Assembly: GCA_903908245.1 (NCBI GenBank)
Contig: CAIVRE010000033.1
Span: 82,172-146,171, forward strand
Length of the DNA stretch: 64,000 bases
Direction of reading: 5' to 3'
DNA from: Candidatus Omnitrophota bacterium
GTDB taxonomy: Bacteria > Omnitrophota > Gorgyraeia > Zapsychrales > Fredricksoniimonadaceae
The notes under the pieces are model-generated. The model was not told the origin of the DNA. It was given only the letters and a program-made list of their open reading frames with translations, and ran no database searches. The first letter of the stretch is position 1, and every line of letters begins with the position of its first letter. The translations under genes and the position numbers were made by a program. Positions 28,253-37,222 of the stretch are shown here, piece by piece.

Positions 28253-30029
28253 GGTCCGGATATTGCCGTCAGATGTTATTGCCAGGATCGCCGCCGGGGA
28301 GGTGGTAGAGCGTCCGGCTTCGGTGGTCAAGGAGCTGATGGAGAACAGCCTGGACGCCGGCGCGTCGATGGTAGAAGTGCACCTTGCTTCAGGCGGAAAG
28401 ACCCTGATCCAGGTCAGGGATAATGGTTCGGGGATCCCGCGTGAGGATATGGCCGAGCTCTTTTCCCGTCATGCCACCAGCAAGATCCGCTCGGGGGAGG
28501 ATCTTGAGTCCATTCTTTCGCTCGGGTTTCGCGGGGAGGCTTTGTATTCGGTCTCGTCCGTTTCCGAGTTGACGCTCAAAAGCCGGGCGGAAGGCCTGGG
28601 CGATGCCTGGGAGATCAGGGTGCGCGGGGGGGAGAGGGAGGCGCCTGTGCCTGTGGCAATGCCGGGGCAGGGCACGGATATCCGGGTTGAGGCAATATTT
28701 TTTAATACACCGGCCCGTCAAAAATTCCTTAAATCCGACACGACGGAGTTTGATCAGGCCGCGGCTGTTTTTCTGCCGTATGCGTTGCTTTATCCGCAGA
28801 AACATTTTGTGCTGACCCATAATGGCCGCGAGGTTTATGCTTTGCCGCCTGTTGTTAAAGGCGCCGAGCGCGCGGCAAAGGCGCTGGCGCTCAAAGCGGA
28901 GCATATTATCACGCTTGACAGTGTCAGGAACGGCGATGTCCGGATCAGCGGGCTTCTGGGCGACATGAATATCGCGCGGCCCAGGCGGGACCTTCAGTTC
29001 GTATTCGTCAACGGGCGCCCTGTTCAGTCTAAAAGCGTGCTGTTCCATTTGAACGATGTGTATCGCCTGGTCATGCCTGAAGGCGTGCATCCGTTCTTTG
29101 TTCTTTTTCTGGAGATCCCTCCGCAGGAGGTGGACGTGAATATTCATCCCGCCAAGCGGGAGGTCCGTATCAAGGACGAGGCGCGTATCGGCAGTTTTAT
29201 CCGCCGGACGATCGAGCAGGCATTGATGACCAGGGGCGGTGCGAAACAGGCGGCCGCGGATATTTTCAGGTTCGAGCCCGGTGTTATGCCCGAACAGTCG
29301 GGCTTGCGGTCCGAGCGCCTGGTCTTTGGTCCGGGGCAGCGCTCCAGCGTCCCTCCTTTTACTCCGGCCGCTTCTTTGGCATCGCCGGGCACGGGCACGG
29401 GCACGGGCACGGATGATTTTTTCGCATTGACCGAACAGCTTTCTGCCCGGCGGGATGAAACATTGAAAGACCGTCTTTTACGCGCGCGGTTCCTTGGTAC
29501 GTTCATCCGCAAGTATCATCTTTTTGAGGAAGGGGAGGGGTTGTTCGTGGTCGATCAGCATGCCGCCCAGGAGCGTATCCTTTTCGAGTTGTTTTCAAGG
29601 CAGATGTCATCCGGCTCGGTGGAGCTGGAGCGTTTGCTTGTGCCTGTTGTGATCAGGCTTTCGCCGCGCGAGCTTTTATTGTGGGAGGATGGAAAACCGC
29701 AGCTTGACGCTCTCGGGTTCGAATCCGAATTGATGGGGGAAGGCGCGGTGGCGCTGCAGGCGCATCCACGCCTGATCAGGGCGCCGGAGGCCGCGTTCCG
29801 GTCTTTATTGTCCGATGAAGTCAAGGGCCTTTCTGATCGGGACAGGCTTGCCCGCCGGGCGTGCCGCGCATCGGTCATGGCAGGTGAGGTGATGCATGGG
29901 GATGAGGCTCGCGAGCAGCTCAAGCGGCTCCTGGCGTGTGCCGACCCGTTCACTTGTCCGCATGGCCGACCGGTGTTCATTGAGGTCAAAGGGTCTTTCC
30001 TGGACAGGCAGTTCCTGCGCACGAGTTGA
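28245..30029 (+). CDS. mutL: DNA mismatch repair protein MutL
   Basis: GHKL ATPase motifs (ELMENSLDAGAS, VRDNGSGI, GFRGEAL), a linker containing PGTGTGTGTDD, and a C-terminal dimerisation domain. Confidence 0.9.
   Translation: MPKVRILPSDVIARIAAGEVVERPASVVKELMENSLDAGASMVEVHLASGGKTLIQVRDNGSGIPREDMAELFSRHATSKIRSGEDLESILSLGFRGEALYSVSSVSELTLKSRAEGLGDAWEIRVRGGEREAPVPVAMPGQGTDIRVEAIFFNTPARQKFLKSDTTEFDQAAAVFLPYALLYPQKHFVLTHNGREVYALPPVVKGAERAAKALALKAEHIITLDSVRNGDVRISGLLGDMNIARPRRDLQFVFVNGRPVQSKSVLFHLNDVYRLVMPEGVHPFFVLFLEIPPQEVDVNIHPAKREVRIKDEARIGSFIRRTIEQALMTRGGAKQAAADIFRFEPGVMPEQSGLRSERLVFGPGQRSSVPPFTPAASLASPGTGTGTGTDDFFALTEQLSARRDETLKDRLLRARFLGTFIRKYHLFEEGEGLFVVDQHAAQERILFELFSRQMSSGSVELERLLVPVVIRLSPRELLLWEDGKPQLDALGFESELMGEGAVALQAHPRLIRAPEAAFRSLLSDEVKGLSDRDRLARRACRASVMAGEVMHGDEAREQLKRLLACADPFTCPHGRPVFIEVKGSFLDRQFLRTS
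29387..29410 (+). repeat. (GGGCAC)x4 hexanucleotide tandem repeat inside the mutL linker (encodes GTGTGTGT)
   Basis: Directly visible: gggcacgggcacgggcacgggcac. Confidence 0.8.
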
Positions 30030-30084
30030 TGAAAGACACATTATCGTTGACAGCCCCGCCCTCTTTAATAACAATGTGTTGACT

Positions 30085-31287
30085 ATGAAGAAGTTCATAT
30101 TAAATATTTTATTATGTTCCGTTGTTTTTGCGGCCGGTCCCCTTGCCTGGGCCAGTGCGGCGGATGGCGCTGAGCCATCGGTCAGGATCGTCCGGTTGAA
30201 TTTTGCCCAGGTCTATGAGGTCACGGCCGTGCTGACGCAGATGAAAAGCTCGGACGGAAAAGTGATCGCCAATGAAGAGGCCAAAAGTGTTGTCCTGATG
30301 GATACGCCCGAGCGCATCAGGGCCATGGAAGCCTTGATCCGCCAGATGGATATTCAGACCGTGACGGTCGAGATCCCCTTGAAATTCAGCCGCGCCAATG
30401 AGGTCCTTGACAGTGTCCGGGGGTTGCTTACCCAGAGTGTGGGCGCGATCACGGCGGATATGAAGAAGAATCAGATCGTTGTCACGGATGCTCCGGCAGT
30501 TGTGGATAAAGTGCGACGGGCTGTTGAGGCGCTTGATCCCCGCGGGCGCAAGATCATCCTGGAGGCCAAGCTGGTGCATGTGGTGCTTGACGATGAGCAT
30601 CTTGACGGGGTCGACTGGTCGGGCATCGTGGCGGATCATCAGAAATTCAGGCTGGAAGGCCACTGGGGTTTTTTGAGCGGGAAGGGTAAAGGGGAATCGC
30701 TCAGCCTGGGGACGATCGAAGGGGCGGACTTTGTTCCGCTGATCGAGGCGCTGGATACTGTTGGTATCGTGAAAGAATATCCGGTCTCGGATGTCCCGGT
30801 AATGTCGGACAGCGAGGTCAGGATGGTCATACATCTTGATGAGCCGGACGTATCGCTTGAGGCGGTCGATCCGGATGTCGGTGAGGGCCCTTTTGCAGAG
30901 GGGGTCGCGGTCGAGTTCATCCTCAGGCCCCAGCTCGATGTGGACGGGACGCTGAAGACGGTCATTTTCGCGCGCGAGCCGGGTTCTCCGCCTAAAACAA
31001 CCAAATCCGCGATGCTTAACCGCAAGCCGCGCAGTGCGACCGTGCGGTCGCTTGAGGGGGGGTCTATTGTGCTGGGCGGGCTGATCGCGACCGAGCAGGT
31101 ATTGACCCAGCGCAAGATCCCGCTGATCGGCGACCTGCCTTTGCTGGGGTTTGCCTTTCGTTATCATAACAGTTCGGTCCGGCGCGAAGAGTTCGTTGTT
31201 ATCCTGACGCCCAAAAGCGTTACCCCTGAATCCGCGGCTTCAGCGGCGCTCGAAGCGAAACCGGAACCGTCCAAGGCGGTCAATTAA
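30085..31287 (+). CDS. minimal secretin (GspD / PilQ / pIV superfamily), orphan
   Basis: Signal peptide MKKFILNILLCSVVFAAGPLAWA, two Secretin_N-like modules, C-terminal secretin core GGSIVLGGLIATEQVLTQRKIPLIGDLPLLGFAFRYHNSSVRREEFVVILTPKSV. Confidence 0.7.
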   Translation: MKKFILNILLCSVVFAAGPLAWASAADGAEPSVRIVRLNFAQVYEVTAVLTQMKSSDGKVIANEEAKSVVLMDTPERIRAMEALIRQMDIQTVTVEIPLKFSRANEVLDSVRGLLTQSVGAITADMKKNQIVVTDAPAVVDKVRRAVEALDPRGRKIILEAKLVHVVLDDEHLDGVDWSGIVADHQKFRLEGHWGFLSGKGKGESLSLGTIEGADFVPLIEALDTVGIVKEYPVSDVPVMSDSEVRMVIHLDEPDVSLEAVDPDVGEGPFAEGVAVEFILRPQLDVDGTLKTVIFAREPGSPPKTTKSAMLNRKPRSATVRSLEGGSIVLGGLIATEQVLTQRKIPLIGDLPLLGFAFRYHNSSVRREEFVVILTPKSVTPESAASAALEAKPEPSKAVN

Positions 31288-31288
31288 T

Positions 31289-32326
31289 ATGGCAAGAACG
31301 CTGATCCTTGTATTTTGTCTTTTTCTGGTCGCCGGCTGCGCGTCCATCCCCAGGACAGGCGGCCCCAAACCGGCGGGGGAGATCTCCGCGCAGGAGCTGT
31401 GCCGTAAATATAATATCGAGTGCCGCTGGGACCCCGTGTCCCAGACCATCACCATGTTCTATCTCAACAAGAAGATCCAGGGGATGGTCGGCAGTGATAT
31501 GGTGGTTACCGACAAGAATCGCATCGCGCTCAGCGCGCCGTTATACCGCAAGCACGGCGCGGTCATCTTTCCGCCGGATTTCGAACGCGCGGTCTTCGGC
31601 CCGGCGTCTGTTCCGCAGGAAGATTATGTAAGGGGGGCTCAGTCCGGAAGGTTGAGGAAGGTGGTGGTTGATGCAGGGCATGGCGGGAAAGATCCCGGTG
31701 CTATCGGTGTCGGCGGCCTGAAGGAAAAAGATGTGGTGCTCGACATTGCCCGCCGGGTCAAGAAGGATTTTGAAGCTGCGGGCGTTACGGTCGTCATGAC
31801 GCGCGACAGCGAGGATTTTATTTCGCTGGCGGACCGCACGATGATGGCCAGCCAGCCGGATGTTGATCTTTTTGTCAGCATTCACGCCAATGCCAACAAG
31901 ACCCGCCGGGCGAACGGGATCGAGGTGTATTACGTCGGGGCTCTGAGCCGTGACGACAAGGGCGAGGACCAGCGCCTGGCGAATGAAAAGAAGATCTGCA
32001 GCCTTTACAACATGCGCAGCGATATCCCCGACCTCAGGGCGGTCGCGATGGATATGCTTTATGCCTATAAGTGCGCTTTTTCGCCCGGCCTTTCGGATGC
32101 TGTTGCCCAGGGGCTTGCGCATGAAGTGCCGCGGCAGAGCCGTGGAAGCAAGCCGGAGCGGTTCTTTGTCCTGCGCAACACCCTGATCCCGGCGGTGCTG
32201 GTAGAGGTGGGGTTCGTGACGAATCCGAAAGAGGCGGCTCTTCTCAAGGACAATGCGTTCCGCCAGCGGTTGGCGGATTCTATAACCAAGAGCGTATTAA
32301 GGTTTGTTTATGCTTCAGGGATCTGA
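31289..32326 (+). CDS. N-acetylmuramoyl-L-alanine amidase (Amidase_3, AmiC-like) lipoprotein
   Basis: Lipobox LVAGCAS, N-terminal AMIN-like region, catalytic VVVDAGHGGKDPGA…SIHANA…EVYY. Confidence 0.75.
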   Translation: MARTLILVFCLFLVAGCASIPRTGGPKPAGEISAQELCRKYNIECRWDPVSQTITMFYLNKKIQGMVGSDMVVTDKNRIALSAPLYRKHGAVIFPPDFERAVFGPASVPQEDYVRGAQSGRLRKVVVDAGHGGKDPGAIGVGGLKEKDVVLDIARRVKKDFEAAGVTVVMTRDSEDFISLADRTMMASQPDVDLFVSIHANANKTRRANGIEVYYVGALSRDDKGEDQRLANEKKICSLYNMRSDIPDLRAVAMDMLYAYKCAFSPGLSDAVAQGLAHEVPRQSRGSKPERFFVLRNTLIPAVLVEVGFVTNPKEAALLKDNAFRQRLADSITKSVLRFVYASGI

Positions 32327-32336
32327 TCGATCGGGG

Positions 32337-33137
32337 ATGTGTGACCGTCCCATCGGCGTTTTTGACAGCGGGATCGGCGGTTTGACGGTGGCGCAGGAGA
32401 TCACGCGGCTGCTGCCCAATGAGCAGATCGTTTATTTCGGCGATACCGCCCGCGTGCCCTACGGGACGAAATCCAGGGAGTCGGTCATCCGGTTCTCGAA
32501 GGATAATATGAACGTTCTTTTGAAATATGGCGTGAAAGTGGTCGTGATCGCCTGCAACACATCCACCAGCTGGGCGCTTGGTGTGATCCGCAAGGAGTAC
32601 GCGGTCCCGGTCATCGGGGTTATCGAGCCGGGGTCCCGCCGGGCTGTTGAGGTCACCCAAAGCGGGCGCATCGGTGTTATCGCCACGCAATCCACGGTGG
32701 CCAGCGGGAAGTATGCCGGGACCATACAGAGGATGCTGCCCCGGGCGCGTGTGGTGTCCAGGCCATGTCCGCTGTTCGTTCCTTTGGTGGAAGAGGGGTG
32801 GATCGACGGCAAAGTGACTGAAAGCGTGGCGGAGGAATACCTTGCTCCAGTGCGGCGTGAACGGGTGGACACCCTTATTCTCGGGTGTACGCATTATCCG
32901 CTGCTTAAGCCCGTGATCCAGAAAGTGATGGGCAAGGGCGTGACGCTGGTTGATTCCGCGACAGAGACGGCGCGCGAGGTCAAGGCGCTCCTGGAGTCAA
33001 AAGGCCTCTCCCGGAAGTCTACGCGTCCGCCGCGCCATGAATTCCTGGTATCGGATGAGCCGGAGCATTTTCGGATACTGGCCAAGCGCTTTCTGGGGCA
33101 CGACCTTGTTTCCGTGAGGAGGGTGGACCATGTTTGA
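32337..33137 (+). CDS. murI: glutamate racemase
   Basis: IGVFDSGIGGLTV, VIACNT…S, GCTHYP motifs. Start chosen at the ATG downstream of the amidase stop. The ORF track offers an earlier ATG at 32304. Confidence 0.8.
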   Translation: MCDRPIGVFDSGIGGLTVAQEITRLLPNEQIVYFGDTARVPYGTKSRESVIRFSKDNMNVLLKYGVKVVVIACNTSTSWALGVIRKEYAVPVIGVIEPGSRRAVEVTQSGRIGVIATQSTVASGKYAGTIQRMLPRARVVSRPCPLFVPLVEEGWIDGKVTESVAEEYLAPVRRERVDTLILGCTHYPLLKPVIQKVMGKGVTLVDSATETAREVKALLESKGLSRKSTRPPRHEFLVSDEPEHFRILAKRFLGHDLVSVRRVDHV

Positions 33138-33492
33138 GCTGACGGTACGTGGCGATTTTTCTTCCGCGCATTTTTTGCGCGATTATGACGGGCAGTGCAA
33201 GAACCTCCATGGCCATACCTGGAAGGTGGCCGTGACGGTCGCCGGCGACAAGCTCAACGGTATCGGCGTGATGGCTGATTTCGTTGAGATGAAGAAGCAT
33301 CTGAAAAGCATTCTTGCGCGGCTTGACCATGCCTGCCTGAACGACCTGGATTTTTTCAAAGTCAATAATCCTACCGCCGAGAATCTTGCGCGGTATATTT
33401 ACAATGAATACAGGCCGCTGATCGCGCCGGTGCGGCTGGTGAAGGTGCAGGTGTGGGAGTCCGAGAAGGCGGACGTGGTTTATTATGAGTAA
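33130..33492 (+). CDS. queD: 6-carboxy-5,6,7,8-tetrahydropterin synthase
   Basis: 120 aa, PTPS family with CxxxHGH (CKNLHGHTW). First gene of a queD-C-E-F cluster. Confidence 0.8.
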   Translation: MFELTVRGDFSSAHFLRDYDGQCKNLHGHTWKVAVTVAGDKLNGIGVMADFVEMKKHLKSILARLDHACLNDLDFFKVNNPTAENLARYIYNEYRPLIAPVRLVKVQVWESEKADVVYYE

Positions 33493-34132
33493 GAAAGCCA
33501 TCGTCCTTCTTTCCGGCGGCCTGGATTCCGCGACCGTGCTTTATTATGCCCTTGATCAGGGTTATGCCGTGCGCGCACTGGTCTTTGATTACGGCCAGCG
33601 GCACAGGAAAGAGATCGCGGCCGCAAAGGCGGTAGCCCGGGCGGCGGGGGTTGCGCTGGAAGTGGTGAAGATCAGCATGCCATGGAAGGGGTCGTCGCTT
33701 CTGGATGCGAACGTCCGTGTCCCGGTGAGCGGTGTGAAAAAGGGCGTTATCCCTTCCACGTATGTTCCGGCGCGCAACATTATTTTTCTGAGCTTTGCCG
33801 CTTCGTTCGCCGAGGCGACCGGTGCACGGGCCATTTTTATCGGTGCGAACGCGCTGGATTATTCCGGTTATCCTGATTGCCGCCCCGCGTTCTTCAAGGC
33901 TTTCCAGAAAGCGCTGGATGTCGGCCTGAAAGCCGGGGTGGAACATCATGGCGTGCGCATTGAAACGCCTTTGCTTAGAATGAGCAAAGCCCAGATCATT
34001 CGCCTGGGGGTCAAGCTTGGCGTGCCTTATGAAAAGACCTGGTCTTGCTATCAGGGCGGGTTCAGGCCGTGCGGGGTGTGCGATAGCTGCCGCCTGAGGG
34101 CCAAGGGGTTTGAGGATGTCTATGCCGGTTAA
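33485..34132 (+). CDS. queC: 7-cyano-7-deazaguanine synthase
   Basis: SGGLDS PP-loop and a C-terminal Zn-binding cysteine cluster (CYQG…CGVCDSCRLR). Confidence 0.85.
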   Translation: MSKKAIVLLSGGLDSATVLYYALDQGYAVRALVFDYGQRHRKEIAAAKAVARAAGVALEVVKISMPWKGSSLLDANVRVPVSGVKKGVIPSTYVPARNIIFLSFAASFAEATGARAIFIGANALDYSGYPDCRPAFFKAFQKALDVGLKAGVEHHGVRIETPLLRMSKAQIIRLGVKLGVPYEKTWSCYQGGFRPCGVCDSCRLRAKGFEDVYAG

Positions 34133-34817
34133 GGGCAATGTCATTGAAGTGTTCGGTTCCGTCCAGGGAGAAGGCAAATACGCCGGCGTCCAGCAGGTGT
34201 TCGTGCGGCTGGCGGGGTGCAATCTTAACTGCGTGTGGTGTGACAGCTCGCATGCCAGGGATCCGAAAGCTTCAGGGGCGCAGGAAAAAGACCCGCTGGA
34301 AGTCTGGGCCGAGATCGAGCAGAACTGGCGCGGGAGCCATTCGGTGAGTTTTACCGGCGGGGAGCCGCTTTTGCAGACGGAATTCCTTAAAGAGATCATG
34401 GCCATTCTCAAAGTTTACAAGACCCGTGTTTACCTGGAGACCAATGGCACGCTGCCCGATGCGCTTAAAGAGGTGATCGATGATGTGGATATCGTTTCCA
34501 TGGATATCAAACTGCCCAGTTCCACCGGTTGTGCGGGTTATTGGGACGAGCATGTGGAATTCCTGAGGGTTGCCTGGGGCAAGGATGTGTTCATCAAGAC
34601 GGTTATTTCATCAGGCACGACCATGGAGGATATGGTGAGGGCTGTTGAAATGATCTCCAAGGGCGATCCTGCGATTCCGTTGTTCCTGCAGCCCAATTAT
34701 TTCGATATTAACAGCGGTGTGATCCATAAATGCCGGGAGTTCCAGCAGTACGCGCTTAATTACCTTTCGGATGTGCGGGTCATTCCGCAGATCCATAAGT
34801 TCCTGAACATCCGGTAG
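34110..34817 (+). CDS. queE: 7-carboxy-7-deazaguanine synthase (radical SAM)
   Basis: EVFGSVQGEGKYAG…FVRLAGCNLNCVWCDS cluster. Exact start among MRMSM/MSM/MPV is uncertain. Confidence 0.8.
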   Translation: MRMSMPVKGNVIEVFGSVQGEGKYAGVQQVFVRLAGCNLNCVWCDSSHARDPKASGAQEKDPLEVWAEIEQNWRGSHSVSFTGGEPLLQTEFLKEIMAILKVYKTRVYLETNGTLPDALKEVIDDVDIVSMDIKLPSSTGCAGYWDEHVEFLRVAWGKDVFIKTVISSGTTMEDMVRAVEMISKGDPAIPLFLQPNYFDINSGVIHKCREFQQYALNYLSDVRVIPQIHKFLNIR

Positions 34818-34891
34818 GGGCGGACTTTATGTCTGCCCGGCGTATTCAATGATAATTGACCTTGTGTCGTCCCAGTGTAATTGGAGGTCCT

Positions 34892-35287
34892 ATGGACAGT
34901 TCGTATGAAGGTTTGCAGAAAAAGATACGCCAGCTGAAGACCCCTCTCATTGAGGTCTGGGAAAATCAGTACGCCGACAGGGATTATGTTATTCATCTGG
35001 AGATCCCCGAGTTCACCTGCATCTGCCCCAAGACCGGCTTGCCGGATTTTGCGGTCATTAAAGTGGATTATCGTCCGGCCAGGGACTGCCTGGAACTCAA
35101 GTCGCTGAAGATGTACACTCATTTTTATCGCGAGGTCGGGATCTTTCATGAGCATCTGGTGAACAAGCTGCTCGATGATCTGGTGAAGGCTTGTAAGCCT
35201 TGTTGGATGAAGGTCAATGTGGAAATGAACCCCCGCGGCGGTATTTATACGACCGTTGAAGCGGAGTATAAGGGGAAAAAACAATGA
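34892..35287 (+). CDS. queF: NADPH-dependent 7-cyano-7-deazaguanine reductase (unimodular type)
   Basis: [21 protein letters not shown]…, conserved Cys and the (E/S)-x-K-S-x-K-x-Y motif (LELKSLKMY). Confidence 0.8.
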   Translation: MDSSYEGLQKKIRQLKTPLIEVWENQYADRDYVIHLEIPEFTCICPKTGLPDFAVIKVDYRPARDCLELKSLKMYTHFYREVGIFHEHLVNKLLDDLVKACKPCWMKVNVEMNPRGGIYTTVEAEYKGKKQ

Positions 35288-36009
35288 AACGCGTCGATGG
35301 CCGCAAGTCGGATGAGTTGCGCAAGGTTGTTGTTCAGAAGGATTATTTAAAGCATGCCGAGGGGTCGTGCCTGATCTCTTTCGGCGATACGAAGGTGGTG
35401 TGTTCCGCTTCGGTTGAAGAAGGGGTCCCCCCGTTCCTGAAGGGCAAAGGCCAGGGCTGGGTGACGGCTGAATATGGTATGTTGCCGCGTTCGTGCACAC
35501 AGCGTATCAGCCGCGAGAAGGGCGGCGGGTCAGGCCGTACCCAGGAGATCCAGCGCCTGGTGGGGCGGTCGTTGCGGGCGGTGGTGGATATGAAGAAGCT
35601 TGGCGAGCGGACCATCAAGATCGATTGCGATGTCATTCAGGGTGACGGCGGTACGCGTACGGCATCGATCACGGGCGGATATATCGCTTTGGTGCTTGCG
35701 CTTAAAAAGATTAAAAAGAACGGGTTGCTCAAGGAGTGGCCTCTGATCCGGCAGATCGCCGCGATCAGTGTCGGGATCTGCGGCGGCAGGGCGGTGCTTG
35801 ACCTGAATTATGCGGAAGATTCGACGGCAGAAGTCGACATGAATATTGTCATGGTCGATAACGGGAATTTTGTTGAGGTTCAGGGGACAGCGGAAGGCGC
35901 GGCATTTTCGAAGAAAGAGATGGATGCCATGCTCAGGCTTGCGGTCAAAGGGATCCGGGGACTTTTTACGGTCCAATCCAGGGTTCTGGGCAAGGATCCG
36001 GTGTCATGA
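35284..36009 (+). CDS. rph: ribonuclease PH
   Basis: GRKSDELR…, [30 protein letters not shown] motifs. Confidence 0.85.
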   Translation: MKRVDGRKSDELRKVVVQKDYLKHAEGSCLISFGDTKVVCSASVEEGVPPFLKGKGQGWVTAEYGMLPRSCTQRISREKGGGSGRTQEIQRLVGRSLRAVVDMKKLGERTIKIDCDVIQGDGGTRTASITGGYIALVLALKKIKKNGLLKEWPLIRQIAAISVGICGGRAVLDLNYAEDSTAEVDMNIVMVDNGNFVEVQGTAEGAAFSKKEMDAMLRLAVKGIRGLFTVQSRVLGKDPVS

Positions 36010-36590
36010 GGCAGGGGCCTTTCTGGCAAAGATCCGCGGCCGAGGCCGAAGAATGGAGTCAGGGGCGCAGCTGGCTGGCGCGGCTTCCCCTGCTTGTCTT
36101 TTTTGGCTATCTTTTTTTTCGTCATTTGACCGATCCTGATTATTGCAGCATTCTTCAAAGTCTTAATTTGGGCGTCCATGAACTGGGGCATTTATTGTTC
36201 GCGTTCTTTGGGCAGTTCCTTTATATGCTGGGGGGGACGTTCTGGGAGATCGCGGCCCCTTTTATCGGGATGTGGAATTTTTATCGTCAGCGGGATCTGT
36301 TTGCGGTTGCTTTGTGCTTTGGCTGGTTATCGACGGTGCTATTCGATGTCGGCCGTTATGCGGCGGACGCGCGGGCCATGGTCATCCCTCTGGTATCGCC
36401 TTTTGGCGGCGGGGAAGAGGGGGTCCGGCATGATTGGCATTATTTATTGGGCCAGTTGGGCGTGCTGCCGTTCGATCAGTTTATCGGCGGTATATTCCGG
36501 GCCGGAGCGGTTGTGTCGATGGCGGCCTGTTTGGCCGGCGGCGGATGGTTGTTGTGGCTTATGATGGTTAACCCCGGAGAAAAAGCGTGA
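36006..36590 (+). CDS. membrane protein with HExxH motif (possible small intramembrane metalloprotease-like), inserted between rph and rdgB
   Basis: 194 aa with 4-5 TM helices. [10 protein letters not shown] HExxH within a helix. ATGA overlaps on both sides. Confidence 0.4.
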   Translation: MRQGPFWQRSAAEAEEWSQGRSWLARLPLLVFFGYLFFRHLTDPDYCSILQSLNLGVHELGHLLFAFFGQFLYMLGGTFWEIAAPFIGMWNFYRQRDLFAVALCFGWLSTVLFDVGRYAADARAMVIPLVSPFGGGEEGVRHDWHYLLGQLGVLPFDQFIGGIFRAGAVVSMAACLAGGGWLLWLMMVNPGEKA

Positions 36591-37189
36591 AAGAGATCCT
36601 GGTCGCGACAAAGAACAGGGGTAAGGTGCGGGAGATCGCGGACCTGCTGGCGCCTTTTGATATTAAGGTGATATCCCTGCTGGATTGCGGGCCGATGCCC
36701 CAGATCATTGAGGACGGGCTGACCTTCCGTGCCAATGCCGCCAAGAAGGCCGTGGTGATCGCGCAGCATACCGGACGGCTTGTGATGGGAGAGGATTCCG
36801 GCCTTGAGGTCGACGCCCTGGGCGGGCGCCCCGGCGTTCATTCGGCGCGTTATGCCGGCGAAGGCGCGGATGACGAGAAAAATAACGATAAATTGATCAT
36901 GGAGTTGTCCGGGGTTGCGGCGGAGAAGCGCACGGCGCGTTACCGTTCAGCCATTGCTTTGGCCGATAAAGATCAACTGGTCGATGTGGTCGAAGGGGCC
37001 TGTGAAGGGATCATTGACACCGAGCGCCGCGGCACCAACGGGTTCGGCTATGACCCGTTGTTCATTGTTCCATCCCGTCAGAAAACCTTCGGTGAATTGC
37101 CGCTGTCCGTCAAACAGACCATGAGCCATCGCGCGAATGCGCTTCGCCAGTTCCTGAAAATATTGGAACAATACTTTCTCCTCCGGTAA
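36587..37189 (+). CDS. rdgB: non-canonical purine NTP pyrophosphatase (RdgB/HAM1)
   Basis: ATKNRGKVRE…, EDSGL, FGYDPLF motifs. Confidence 0.85.
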   Translation: MKEILVATKNRGKVREIADLLAPFDIKVISLLDCGPMPQIIEDGLTFRANAAKKAVVIAQHTGRLVMGEDSGLEVDALGGRPGVHSARYAGEGADDEKNNDKLIMELSGVAAEKRTARYRSAIALADKDQLVDVVEGACEGIIDTERRGTNGFGYDPLFIVPSRQKTFGELPLSVKQTMSHRANALRQFLKILEQYFLLR

Positions 37190-37222
37190 CCTTCCCCCTA
37201 CCGGAGAGGGCGAAGGTTTATT
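37190..37222. terminator. possible bidirectional terminator hairpin between convergent rdgB and the AsmA-like gene
   Basis: CCTTCCCCCT-accggag-AGGGCGAAGG (one mismatch) followed by TTTATT. Confidence 0.35.

Noticed and set aside
27281-29147. Minus-strand ORFs of 349 and 252 aa
   Set aside because: Antisense to mutS and mutL.
29387-29410. CRISPR-like or spacer repeat
   Set aside because: It is a short in-frame hexanucleotide SSR inside mutL. No CRISPR array or cas genes anywhere in the window.
30112-31167. 351-aa minus-strand ORF
   Set aside because: Antisense to the secretin gene, which has strong family motifs.
33371-35500. Minus-strand ORFs of 346 and 246 aa
   Set aside because: Antisense to the queC, queE, queF and rph genes.
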